Below are positions 1 to 12,021 of a stretch of 64,000 nucleotides of DNA, piece after piece. Within the stretch, counting starts at the first letter, position 1, and every line of letters begins with the position of its first letter. Both the position numbers and the translations under genes were made by a program. The notes under the pieces are model-generated. The model did no database searches and was not told the origin of the DNA. It was given only the letters and a program-made list of their open reading frames with translations. This DNA is from Octopus sinensis (lineage: Eukaryota), in contig NC_043002.1 in assembly GCF_006345805.1 (NCBI RefSeq), positions 9,052,001-9,116,000 on the forward strand, in the 5' to 3' direction.

Positions 1-206
1 AAATACACAGACACACAAACACACACATACATACATATATATACATATATACCACAGGCTTCTTTCAGTTTCCGTCTACAAAATCCACTCACAAAGCATT
101 GGTCGGCCCGGGGCTATAGCAGAAGACACTTGCCCAAGATGCCACGCAGTGGGACTGAACCCAGAACCATGTGGTTCGTAAGCAAGCTACTTACCACACA
201 GCCACC
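1..206 (-). mobile_element. tRNA-type SINE, family A (5' part, cut by window edge)
   Basis: Reverse complement of the head GTGGCTGTGTGGTAAGTAGCTTGCTT...GGTTCAGTCCCACTGCGTGGCA seen in more than 8 copies in this window. Confidence 0.85.
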
Positions 207-549
207 TTCAGGTTTTTTATGCTTTGAGTTCAAATCTCACTGATATTAACTTTACTTTTCATCCTTCCAGTCAAATACTAGAGATGGTTTAATTGACTAA
301 CAACATCTCTCTGCCATTTCTGACATTACACCTATGTTAGAAATGTCTAGTACCTGATGACCAACTGATTAAATTCTTAATTTTTTTTTTCTTATCAAGA
401 TATTCAGTTCAAATCTTAAGTCGTTTAAAGGTATCAGGGTATTTTTACATAGATAAAACTCATTAGGATGATGTTGAACTCTTGACCGTGTATTGTAAAT
501 CATTTTTTCCCCTATGTAGTAAGCTTTAATATTCCCAGTGTTCTTTTAT
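206..549 (+). repeat. Local duplication block A (second copy 3324-3676)
   Basis: CTTCAGGTTTTTTATGCTTTGAGTTCAAATCTCACTG...AATATTC(C/G)CAGTGTTCT occurs twice with few differences. Confidence 0.9.
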
Positions 550-1031
550 CAATTTCTATAAAGCTGAAATGTGAAAAATTTGTTTGTCTCATTTTGGGAT
601 GAGAACGGTAGATGGAGTCGGATTTACATGGACATGTAAAAATAGGCAAGGAAGCGACTAGACTAGGTTAGAAACCCCTATCTCAAAAGCTGTGGTTAGT
701 AGGGCAACAAAACCCAGAGTTTGACAATTGTTTGTCCTTTCTCTCTTTCGGGTATCACCCTGTCTTCCTCGATCTCTCTCTTTCCTTCCTTCCCTGCAAT
801 TTCTCTCTATAACGACGTTTGTCATCTTCGTCTCTCTGTCCCTCTTTCATCCACCACCTTTCTCACTGTACGTCTGTCTGTATCTATAGAGAGAAAACTT
901 TGACTGCCGCAAAAGTTTAAATATTCCCGCCACGGGTCTTTTAGAACGGTGAATTATTATCACCACCACCACCGCACCATCATAACAGATATTATTAATC
1001 AGATATATTGTGTTAATTTATATATATGAGA

Positions 1032-1074
<43 letters not shown>

Positions 1075-2171
1075 TGTGTGTGTGCGTGTGTGTGTGTGTG
1101 TAGATATGTACATATTTAATGCGTGTGTATATATATATAATGTGTGCATATGTGGTCGGATTGAGCTGAAAATATGCACACCTATGTTAAAAGTGCTAGC
1201 GAGTTTGCATGGAAACTTTGAGTTTGCTCAATTGAAAGGCGTGGCCTCTAGGGCAAAATTCTTCATCTTTTAAAATGTAGCCCGCGTAGACCCGAATGAA
1301 ATCGGGTTATAACACCGAAACAAGTAAAACAATCTAATCTATAAAATGAAGAAGGCGAGCGTTGATACAAATTGGATTTTTATGTTAAAAGGGGATCTAA
1401 ATGGGGTTGGAAGGGGATTAAACTTTACAGGAGGGGGTAACTTGAGGTGAGAAATTGATTGGGAGACGTTTTGGGGCGCTTTGCCGTGAAGACGGGAATT
1501 TATTGATTTTTAGGGGCACTTGAGGTTCTAGATTGGACGCCTTTTGCCCAATTTCAATCAAATTTTCAACATGGTAAAGTGAAAGCGGATTTGTAATTTA
1601 AGCGCGGAAAATGGGTTCGAAATTTAAAAAATTAAGGCAGGATTCTTGAAGTTGAAAATATTTCTCATTTTTACGTATTTTTGCCTTTTATTTTTTATTG
1701 TTTACAGTTTTCATTTTTTCGGGAAGAAATTTACAGCTGCATGTAGCCCGTGTTTAGAACTTTCATTTGCATGGTCAATCGTTGAAAAATTCTCAAAATA
1801 AGTACTAAATTTAACAAAGAAATCCTTTTTTCCTTATGTTTAATTGCTCAAATAGTGGCACGTACAAAAGGCAAGTGTGCTTTCCGTTGTCACTGCCTGA
1901 TATTTATGATTGATCTTTCAAAATATTTTTCTTTCAACTTACTCAAGATCTTTTGTTTTTTATAAATGGGAGAGAGATAGATAGAGAATAACAGAGAGCG
2001 AGGGAAAGCGAGGGAGAGTCCGAGAGAAAGGAAGAGTAAGAGAATGGGAAAGTGAGAGAGAAAGGATAGAGAAGCAAAGAGGGGGAATGTGGCGATAAGA
2101 AACAGAAAGGAAGCAACAGAAAGTAACAACCACATCCTCATCCACACGTAGAGCGGGTCACCTTAAGCTAG

Positions 2172-2660
2172 TCTCATTATTATTACAAGCACTGAAATAA
2201 TTTGTTTGTCACTGCTTGTATAAAGTTGATTTATTTACATAGCTTATCGTAAATTATGTCACAGCGTCTCGAGATGGGAAAGCTAGAGAAGGTTTCCACT
2301 TTTCTTTCTACAGAAAATGGAAGGATTAGAATGAGCGTCACGTTTCTTTGTTGACAAACTGGTTCTTATTCTATTGCAAAACAAAACAAACAGACACAAA
2401 CGTACCTTGCCTAGAGTTCATGTTTTTACATATGTTGTTCACCCATACAAAAAATGGTTCCATATTATAGGTAATTGATGAATGAGATTGTATGGTATTC
2501 ATGAAACCTGGGCATTAAACTGTTGATCCGTTAATCGTTAATTAACAAAGTTAGCATTTTCGTTACAAATTTAACTTTTAAGTAAACTTTGGAAGTCATT
2601 ATTGGACTGATTAACTTCCGATACATTTAACTTCTGTAACTCAAGTCCACTTGAGTTAAC
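2172..2660 (+). repeat. Local duplication block B (second copy 3675-4153)
   Basis: TCTCATTATT(AT)ACAAGCACTGAAATAATTTG...AACTCAAGTCCACTTGAGTTAAC occurs twice. Confidence 0.9.
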
Positions 2661-2756
2661 AGCAGACAAACCCTTTTGACTTAAAGTTAAAAGATTTCAA
2701 AGTTGGCAAATTTTTGGTAAATTTTGCCAATCAAAACCACTACGCCATATGCCCAC

Positions 2757-3050
2757 GGGCATATGGTGTAGTGGTTAAGAGTGCGGGCTACTAACCCCAA
2801 GATTCCAAGTCCGATTCCAAGCAGTGACCTGAACAACAACAACAACAACAACAACAACAATAATAATAATAATGATAATAATAATAATAATAATAATAAA
2901 TAATAACATCGAGAAATACCTTAGGAATGAGAACCCAGGTTCGAAATTTCTCCCCAAGATACCCGAAGAAATCTATGGAGGGTACATTAGCCGAATCGCT
3001 GTGTTAACAACAAACAAGATGAGGACAAATATCCGTCGAATGTAAATAAC
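2757..3050 (+). mobile_element. tRNA-head SINE with (AAC)n(AAT)n middle and degenerate hammerhead-like tail
   Basis: A box TGGTGTAGTGG 2764-2774, B box GTCCGATTCC 2809-2818, tail ATAC-CCGAAGA-A...TAGCC-GAATC-GCT-GTGT 2959-3004. Confidence 0.65.
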
Positions 3051-3323
3051 GGAATTAGGCCCTAAGAGCCAGCATGAAACACACTAATTTTTTAGAATTT
3101 CAAAACGGGCATCCAAAGAGAAAAGATCCTTTATTTCATTATTCTCTAAAAGTACCATGAAACTTGGAAGTAAAATACTAAAGCTGTCATTATTGGTAAC
3201 TGATTTGCCCACAGCAGTAAAAGTATATTCCTAGCATTATTACCCATCCTCTTATGGATACACACGAGTAAAAACGGATTGGTAAAATTATTAGAGCATT
3301 TGATAAAATACTTTAAGGTGTTT

Positions 3324-4153
3324 CTTCAGGTTTTTTATGCTTTGAGTTCAAATCTCACTGATATTAACTTTACTTTTCATCCTTCCAGTCAAATACTGAG
3401 GATGGTTTAATTGACTAACAACATCTCTCTGCCATTTCTGACATTACACCTATGTTAGCAATGTCTAGTACCTGATGACCAACTGATTAAATTCTTAATC
3501 TTTTTTATTTTCTTATCAAGACATTCAGTTCAAATCTTCAGTCGTTTAAAGGTATCAGGGTATTTTTACATAGATAAAATTCATCAGGATGGTGTTGAAC
3601 TCTTGACCGTGTATTGTAAACCATTTTCTTTTTATTCCTATCTAGTGACCTTTAATATTCGCAGTGTTCTCTTATCTCATTATTATACAAGCACTGAAAT
3701 AATTTGTTTATCACTGCTTTTATAAAGTTGATTTATTTACATAGCTTATCGTAAATTATGTCACAGTGTCTCAAGATGGGAAGGCTAGAGAAGATTTCCA
3801 CTTTTCTTTCTACAGAAAATGGAACGACTAAAATGAGAATCACGTTTCTTTGTTGACAAAGTGGTTCTTATTCTATTGCAAGTCGAAACAAACAGGCACA
3901 GACTTGCTTTGTCTAGAGTTCATATTTTTACATATGGTGTTTACTCATACAAAAGAAATGGTTCCATATTATAGGTAATTGATGAATGAGATTGTATGGT
4001 ATTCATGAAACCTGGGCATTAAACTGTTGATCCGTTAATCGTTAATTAACAAAGTTAGTATTTTCGTTACCAATTTAACTTTGGAAGTCATTATTGGACT
4101 GATTAACTTCCGTTACATTTAACTTCTGTTAACTCAAGTCCACTTGAGTTAAC
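3324..4153 (+). repeat. Fused duplicate A'+B'
   Basis: Block A copy runs directly into block B copy at about 3675. Confidence 0.85.
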
Positions 4154-4544
4154 CTCCATTAACTCAAGTTGCAGCGATGATCTTTAGGCTCAAGGACTTG
4201 AAGTCCAAGGGCTTGTCTACTGCAGCTCCTTGGTCGACACACTTTTGGCAGGCTTTCGAAGATTGAAAATTTTTGGTAAATTTTGCCAATCAAAAGCCAC
4301 AGACATAGTGGTCCCTGTTTCCATAGTAAGAAACCAAGCTGTTGTGCAATCTGCTGAATGCCCCACAGCTTTAAAGTTATCTAGAATTACCATAATGTCC
4401 TTCTTCATTTTATGATGTTAGGGTGTTCTTTAAGAGTAAATTTGGCTGCCTTTCCCAGCAGTTCGACCATTACATGAACAGAACTACAGTTTTTTTGGCG
4501 TTTTTTTTTTGTTTGTAATTTAACATTCTCACAACAAAATATGT

Positions 4545-4932
4545 ACAGGTCGTCATCGACTTACAACCACAATTGGTTCCGACTGACTGGTTGTAAGTCG
4601 ATTTCATTGCTTTGTTTTATATTTTTACATTCTTAAGGGACATTCTCAGGTAAAAGCCACACACAGCATTATGTTGGCGTTAGTTAAAAATTTCGGAGTC
4701 TCATGCAGTCATCTTATAAACAAATACAAGACAGGATATTCATCCAACACTCGGGATAACCACAGTGGGGATCATTAACCAAACCTAGGGGAAGCGTCTG
4801 TTAGCTGACATCATACGTAGACAGGTTAATTTCTAAGAAATTGAACCCATTAAATTTCAACTGGACTATTTATTATTGCTACCAGGAGCTGGCGCGCCAA
4901 TCGTCATAATGTCGATCAGTCGTAAGGAGGAT
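4545..4932. mobile_element. pogo/Tigger-like non-autonomous DNA transposon remnant
   Basis: TA+CAGGTCGTCATCGACTTACAACC at left resembles Tigger-type TIRs. Partial GTCGTAAGGAGGA at right, truncated by the PLE fragment. Confidence 0.4.
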
Positions 4933-4937
4933 AGGTC

Positions 4938-5382
4938 ATAATTTATCTCTGCCATGCATGATAATGTCTATGTTCCTATCGCTAATGTCTGGGAAGCCCT
5001 TAGCGAAGGCAAATGCCTTGATCAGCAACCCTTTCGATATAGACGGATAAAAGTCGACTATGTCGAATTGTCTGAACCTTGCTCTCCCCCTCTCCCTGTT
5101 GGCGTTAAACCATGAGGTCACCTCTTAGGTGCTGCGCCACAGAGACAGGCCGGAGGCCCTCCCTAGATCGTCGTTGACCTTCCTCAGTATATGTTTGCTT
5201 GCTTGGCCAATCAAGGATTTGGCCAGGTTCATCTGGCGGCATTTGGGTTAGAGGCAAAGTTTGGCTTGTGGCCTTTGATTGTAATTAAAACATTTCAACT
5301 CTATCGGCTATACCTAGGCTAATAGCTATCTGTTTGGCTGCACTGTTAATGTTGTTGTATGTGTTCGGGGAAGCGCGCCTAT
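4938..5382 (-). mobile_element. Penelope-like RT fragment (duplicate of 9385-9831)
   Basis: Encodes ...SWFNANRERGRARFRQFDIVDFYPSISKGLLIKAFAFAK...DIIMHGR (RT motif A of PLEs). Confidence 0.85.
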
Positions 5383-5908
5383 TGTTTACCTGAACTAAAC
5401 GACAATTCCTTTTTCATTTTTTTTTTATTTAACATTCACTTCGTTTTTTTATAGTCTAACGTTCAGTTTCAGTTTTTTTTTTTATTTTGGTAATTCTTCA
5501 CACTTTATGCCTGTTCCAAAATTTCACATATCTTTATTCATTAAAGCTCACTAAAACTTCCATCGTTGAATGTTCTGTCATCACAATGTTGTCATCAGTC
5601 ATCGTAATGTTACCATCACATACAAAACACTAGCTTCCAAATTTTGTTTCCTGACTGGGTAAAAATTATCAAACTTTAAACCTCTAACATTTTTCTAGAA
5701 TTTTTCTGGAACAAGTGAATAACACCAAATTCAGCATGAAGATTGCATCAATATACTAAATTTGAAGATTTTCATTTGATTTTGAAACTTCAAAAAGTGA
5801 AGACAAACAGGAAAGATCCAAGTAGGATAAGTAAGGTCCTGGATGCACAATGTTTCAAATAAAGGTGGGATAATCATAGTTAGAATAAAATTTGAGTTAT
5901 ACAGTTAC

Positions 5909-6073
5909 ATAGGTGCGGGAGTGGCTGTGTGATAAGTAGCTTGCTTACCAACCACATGGTTCTGGGTTCAGTCCCACTGCGTAGCACCTTGGGAAAGTGT
6001 CTTCTACTATAGCCTCGGCCGACCAAAGCCTTGTGAGTGGATTTGGTAGACGGAAACTGAAAGAAGCTCGTCG

Positions 6074-6169
<96 letters not shown>

Positions 6170-6407
6170 TATATATATATTTATGTGTGTGTATACGTTT
6201 GTGTGTCTGTGTTTGTCCTCCAACATCGCTTGACAACTGATGCTGGTGTGTTTACGTCCCCGTAACTTAGCGGTTCGGCAAAAGAGACCGATAGAATAAG
6301 TACTAGGCTTACAAAGAATAAGTCCTGGGGTCGATTTGCTCGACGATTAAAGGCGGTGCTCCAGCATGGCCGCAGCCAAATGACTGAAACAAGTGAAAGA
6401 GAAAAGA
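5909..6407 (+). mobile_element. tRNA-type SINE, family A, full length with internal (TA)n
   Basis: Head GGAGTGGCTGTGTGATAAG, B-box-like GGTTCAGTCCC, tail CAGCATGGCCGCAGCCAAATGACTGAAACAAG(AAAGAG)n. Confidence 0.9.
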
Positions 6408-6528
6408 GAAATACAATAGAAGCAGCTCTAGATTAAAATCTTCGTCAATATGATATATTTAATGAATGAATATCATTGAAAGGTCAGTAGGTGCAGTTGG
6501 TGTCTGGGAAAATATCCCTTTATCAATA

Positions 6529-7403
6529 CGAGGGCTGATCAAAAGTATCCAAACTGTTGCCATAGTAACAAAGCTAAAGCACGCAGAATAAAGCTGCTTG
6601 GCACAGATTGACCTTAAACTCTGCTGTGGATGTGGACTAAGTTTTAGCGTTCTGGTTCACTTCCATTGTTTACAGCAGTGCTTGGAAGGAACGTATGTAG
6701 CGTGCGTGTGGTTGTTGCACTGATCATGACAGAAAGTTGAGCAGAGAAACTGCATCAAATTTTTGCCAAAAGCTTGGCGATATCTACTTCGAGGACTATG
6801 CAAAGTTTCCAAAAAGTTTTCATCGTTCTTGATACAATCAAAGAGATCTTGTGCAACAGAAACCCGAGTGTCTTTTTGGTCAGCTGAAAGCAGTTTTGGC
6901 ACAAACTTGGCAGACACACGTCTCATACCCAAATCTTCAGTGACAATGGACTGAACTGAACTGTAACTAATCTATCTGCACAGCCTTTGATAACTCGTGA
7001 ATGGCGATTCGATGATTTCTCCTCACAGCTGCACGCACATCTGCGATGTTTTCCTCATTTCTGCCGGTTGCAGATTTCCCAAAATGTTCGTCAATATCGA
7101 CAATTTTTCGGCCATCTCGGAAACGTCTGAACCACTCTACACTTGTGTGCGGCTCATACACGCCTCTCCATACACTTTCTGAAATATTGCGTAGGCCTCT
7201 GAGCAAATATCGCCATGACAACTTTCTCTGTCATGGACAATGCTACACACCTTCCTTCCAAGCAGTGGGAGTGAGCTAGAACATTAAAACTTAATGCGCA
7301 TGCACAGCAGGCTTTAAGGTCAATTTGTGCCCAGCGGCTTTACGCTACGCGCTTTAGCTTCGTTACTATGGCAACAGCTCCGATACTTATTGATCAGCCC
7401 TCG
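6529..7403. mobile_element. Mariner-family element, rearranged (two 5' ends)
   Basis: TA TSDs at 6527-28 and 7404-05, TIR CGAGGGCTGATCAA(A/T)AGTAT, transposase remnants EQRNCIKF (+), EWFRRFRDG and RRVSAKFVPKLL (-). Confidence 0.9.
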
Positions 7404-8214
7404 TATATTGTGTTAAAGACACATGCTTCGCGGCTAGAAACAGTGAATAAAAAATACACTGCAAAGATACCGAAAGGCTGGAATACTTTTTACCATAGCT
7501 CTATTCGATCAGGGCTAAAATAAAAAAAAAAAAATTTTAACCTGCCAGCACTACAAACTATCGACTTGCTAGAAATAGCAGCCAAAATTTCCTTAAATAT
7601 AGAGAGTGTACTCCAGTATACGCTAAAGAAGATGGAACTATCATGTTATAGGATTGACCTAGGGCAAACAACGGCAATTAGCACTAATAGTTTTCATGAT
7701 GTCTGTTGACTGTGCTATTAAGAAGGAAGTAGTTACTATATGGATACATCATTATGCAACATTGAGGACAGAGGATAAACCGTCGTCCTTTGATGTAATT
7801 TGAATATAATTACATTTTTCAATTTACCATAATTAACTGCCTCAGTTATTTTTCAAATTTGATTTGATTTATTTTTCAAATTTGATTTGATTTATTTCAC
7901 ATTTTCGGTAAAAGTGACATGTATCAATTTGTGCCCTGGCAGAGAACAAAGATAATTATGCACAGTCTTTGTTACAGTAGTTATCATTTGTATGGTACGT
8001 TTAGTATGATTCCATTCGATATCATACTGACCTAATAGATTTAAAGTCATCAGTTGCAGCTTGAAATTGTTCTGTACACTAATTATCAAATAATTACTGT
8101 GTTTATGCATATATTTAGGTCATACGTTAACAGCTAATGTTGTTAGTGCATTATAAAATAATTCATGTCCTGGATTACTTAAATTGACCATACCACACCA
8201 TACAATTTTGTAAT

Positions 8215-8588
8215 CAAAATTTGTGACCATCGCAACTTATACGATTAGTGCATGCATATACAGCTGTGTGCATGCGCACATACACGCGAGTACTGTCCAA
8301 ATCTCCGACCAGTCACATACATCTAGCTGGCATTCAATTGATGCATCAAGTTTCGGGCATTTTGATTGGGTTTTTGGATAGAAAATTCACCAAAAAGTCA
8401 CTTCTATTGATTTTTGTAATGGTTTTGCGGGGTGACTGGGGAAATGTAAAGATGTGCACGACCACCCTTGGACGGTTTTGAATGACCATTTAAAGTGCGA
8501 GCCCTCTAACTGAAAAATTGTGGATTTGTATAAAGAATACACACACACACAGACAGACATACATTTTGCCGTTTATATATAGAGAGAT
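8215..8588 (+). mobile_element. Helitron/Helentron-like non-autonomous repeat (second copy 37238-37545, minus)
   Basis: Two dispersed copies. Ends with microsatellite plus TTTATATATAGAGAT, typical of DINE/HINE-like elements. No TSD seen. Confidence 0.5.
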
Positions 8589-9384
8589 GAATCTACATTG
8601 TCCTATATATCCCTTCTGTGACTCACGTTATAACCCCTGCATTGCCTCATTATAATATAACTAGTGGGATTCATGTAAATTCCACGGAATGACAAAAGTT
8701 AAAGAGAAACTGTTTAAGAAAAAAAGTATGATTTACATTTTTATTGTATTCTTAGTTTAGCTTTCTTTAAATATTCTTCGTCAATATTCATTTCCTCACA
8801 TCTTTGTCGGAGTTGTCTTCTTTCTCTTTTTATATTTTCTCACTGTTCCTCTCTGATCCTTTCTCGAGCAGCCTACAACCGTCTTTCTTGTGAATCCATA
8901 GTTTAGGCAATATTAACCTATATAAGCCAATATCAATAATTGCACTTGTGTACAAGCTATAAAAAAATTTAGTTTAAAAAAAAAATGTTCACTATCAACA
9001 CACCACTATAGTTTTCAGTAACAAAAGCTTATTTCATTATACAGACATACCTTAATGTAATTTCCTTAATGTCCTTTTGCACTGATATTTCGCTCTAAAT
9101 CTTCAAAATGCAAACTTATTTTATTCTATATGTTTGTAATTTGTATCGAGTGTAAATTGAAACAATTGCAGGCAATGTTAATAAATAAATAAAATTAATT
9201 TATATCCATTAAATTTCTCCATTTTCTTACTTATTAATATTATATATATATATAAGTCCTTTCCGTGGCTAAGAGTTGTTTTGGCTCTTATTTCTAGCAA
9301 TGACTGTGCTGACCTGCACCCTTAGTCAATTTAGTGACGATTGCACGTGAGCCTTCTTGTTGTAAATTGAGAATAGCCACCTTA

Positions 9385-10218
9385 ATAATTTATCTCCTGC
9401 CATGCATGATAATGTCTATGTTCCTATCGCTAATGTCTGTGAAGCCCTTAGCGAAGGCAAATGCCTTGATCAGCAACCCTTTCGATATAGACGGATAAAA
9501 GTCGACTATGTAGAATTGTCTGAACCTTGCTCTCCCCCTCTCCCTGTTGGCGTTAAACCATGAGGTCACCGCTTTGGTGCTGCGCCACAGAGATAGGTCG
9601 GAGGCCCTCCCTAGATCGTCGTTGACCTTCCTCAGTATATGTTTGCTTGCTTGGCCAATCAAGGGTTTGGCCAGGTTCATCTGGCGGCATTTGGAGTTAG
9701 AGGCAAAGTTTGGCTTGTGGCCTTTGATTGTAATTAAAACATTTCAACTCTATCGGCTATACCTAGGCTAATAGCTATCTGTTTGGCTGCACTGTTAATG
9801 TTGTTGTATGTGTTCGGGGAAGCGCGCCTATATTTCTGTGTAATGCAATTATCTAAAAGGCTAGAGTAAGTTTGTGCCTCTAAGCTCTATATGTTTTTAG
9901 TTTTATCTGAGAAGAGTGGGGGCCTGTCAGAATTTTTAGTTGCTGTATGTCTGCACAGATTTTGCGTTGAAAAGAAGAGGACTTATAGAATCTTAGCTTG
10001 GGGATGATGCCCTATAAGTCCACTTCAAAGGCTTTGAGTTCTATGATCCTGTGTGGGAACCTCCTAGACCTGATCTCATACATGTTGTCCTCAGTGGGTG
10101 GCATGTCTTGGTGATAGAAATACGCCTTCCACTACATGCGCCACACGATGTCTATTATTTCCTCTTGCAGCATTTTCATATAGACCTTTGTAGAATAACC
10201 AGTATCGTAACGTTCCAT
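9385..10218 (-). mobile_element. Penelope-like element ORF, 5' half (N-terminus to RT motif A), degraded
   Basis: MERYDTGYSTK..WRM*WKAYF..; NCITQKYRRASPNTYNNINSAAKQIAISLGIADRVEMF; ITIKGHKPNF..NLAKPLIGQASKHIL; IVDFYPSI; ends IIMHGRR. Confidence 0.85.
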
Positions 10219-10331
10219 GCTATGTGAGAGTTCGTGGCCATCGTGAATATTCAGAATTGCGAGGCGTCAGTGTAGCTATCAAATGTAAACCATGTGGTGG
10301 CTTTCGCAGATGGATCATAAATATATATATA

Positions 10332-10716
10332 GGTGCTGGTGCTGTTGCTGTTGCTGCTGAGCGAACAGTCTTCGTCCCAGAGTGGGAGAAGTCCGAAACG
10401 TGGTCCTTTGCTATTCGTAAGACCCACAGAAGAGAAAGCAGGTCAACCCCCGACACCGAGAGAATCGACAGATGGATGAATGCGCATCCAGGCTCAGCGG
10501 TTGCGTAGGAAGTCGGGGGACAAGAAACAGGAAGAAAGAGTGAGAGAAAGTTGGAGTGAAGGAGTACAACAGGGGTCGCCACCACCCTCTGCCGGAGCCT
10601 CGTGGAGCTTTAGGTGTTTTCGCTCAATAAACACACACAACGCCCGGTCTGGGAATCGAAACCGCGATCCTCCGACCGCGAGTCTGCTGCCCTAACCACT
10701 GGGCCATTGCGCCTAC
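10332..10716 (-). mobile_element. tRNA-SINE head plus PLE-specific extension (putative pseudo-LTR copy 1)
   Basis: A box TGGCCCAGTGG, B box GTTTCGATTCC. About 385 bp shared with 11658-12021, lying about 115 bp upstream of the PLE ATG. Confidence 0.75.
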
Positions 10717-10717
10717 A

Positions 10718-11590
10718 CTGCTGGTGTTGTTCAATAAAAACTTAACATGGGTCAAGCAATCTGACCCCGAGGATTCCTTCGACGTGGCGATGGGAGCCTA
10801 TAACAGTGCCAACCTATGCAATCTCATTGGACTATACATCCTGGACACCTTGGGGAAGAAATTCCCTTCAGTTCTCTTCGATCTCTATGGAAATGATGCT
10901 CTGGCCATCTCTAGAGGAGCCAACGGGCACACACTTGATAGGCTCAGAAAGCACCTGATTAACGTCCTAGGCTCCATGGGACTCAAAATTAATATCGAGA
11001 CAAATTTCACCACCATAGACTTCCTAGATGTCACTCTAGACTTGGGCTCCAGTACACACAGGCCCTATCGGGAGCCAAACGAAAAGTTGTCCTACATCAA
11101 CACAATCACATGCCACTCCCCTATCATGTTCAAGAACCTAGTTTAGGGTGTCAGCAAGAGGCTCTTGAATGTATCCTCAAGTCAAGAAAATTTCGACGAC
11201 GCCGACCGCTACTACGAGGCACTAGCGTAGAGTGGGTTTAAAGACCACATCTCCTACATGCCAGGCCCCAGCATCCACAAAAGGAAGCACCGCCAGAACG
11301 TCGTTCGGTTTGCCCCACTCTTCTTCTCCCTCAATATCAAGACTTGTGTAGGAAGAATATTCCTCAGGTTAGTAGACAAATGCTTCACACGGACACACAT
11401 ATAGAGACTTTTATTTTATTAGGCACAACCTAAGAGTCCCTTTAGTGTGCACCCAATATGAAAAGTAACACCCATAAAATGCAGGCAGGAGGAAGCCAGT
11501 TACTCATGCAGGGTGTACAATGACTGTCCAGTGGGAGGCCTATGAGAGGCCGAGGGAGTCATCTATGAGGCTGTGGTGATACCCAGACCT
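10718..11590 (+). mobile_element. Penelope-like element ORF, 3' half (RT motifs B/C, thumb, start of GIY-YIG)
   Basis: LFNKNLTWVK..FDVAMGAYNSANLCNLIGLYIL..LYGNDALAI (YRDD decayed)..DFLDVTLDL..; SCRVYNDCPVGG..VIYEAVV. Confidence 0.9.
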
Positions 11591-11657
11591 AGAAACCATA
11601 GTAATAGCAGCAACGGATCAGCCAACAACACCGATAGTATCAGCAGCACTGATAAGT

Positions 11658-12021
11658 GGAGGCGCAATGGCCCAGTGGTTAGGGCAGCGGACTTGCAGTC
11701 GGAGGATAGCGGTTTCGATTCCCAGACCGAGCGTTGTGTGTGTTTATTGAGCGAAAACACCTCCGGCAGGGGGTGGTAGCGACCCCTGTTGTACTCTTTC
11801 GCTCCAACTTCCTCTCACTCTTTCTTCCTGTTTCTTGTCCCCGACTTCCTACGCAACCGCTGAGCCTGGATGCGCATTCATCCATCCGTCGATGCCTTCG
11901 GTGTCGGGGGTTGACCTGTTTTCTCTTCTGTGGGTCTTACGAATAGCAAAGGACCACGTTTCGGACTTCTCCCACTACGGACGAAGACCGCTTCGCTCAA
12001 CAGCAGCAGAAATACCAGCAC
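11658..12021 (+). mobile_element. tRNA-SINE head plus PLE-specific extension (putative pseudo-LTR copy 2)
   Basis: GGAGGCGCAATGGCCCAGTGG...GGGTCTTACGAATAGCAAAGGACCACGTTTCGGAC; inverted relative to 10332-10716. Confidence 0.75.

Noticed and set aside
10355-10440. Ribozyme in the pseudo-LTR extension (GTCCGAAACGTGGTC antisense; CTTCCTACG HDV-like loop in sense)
   Set aside because: No CUGANGA with a stem II partner, and no P3/P1 pairing for an HDV fold by eye. A covariance-model search is still needed.
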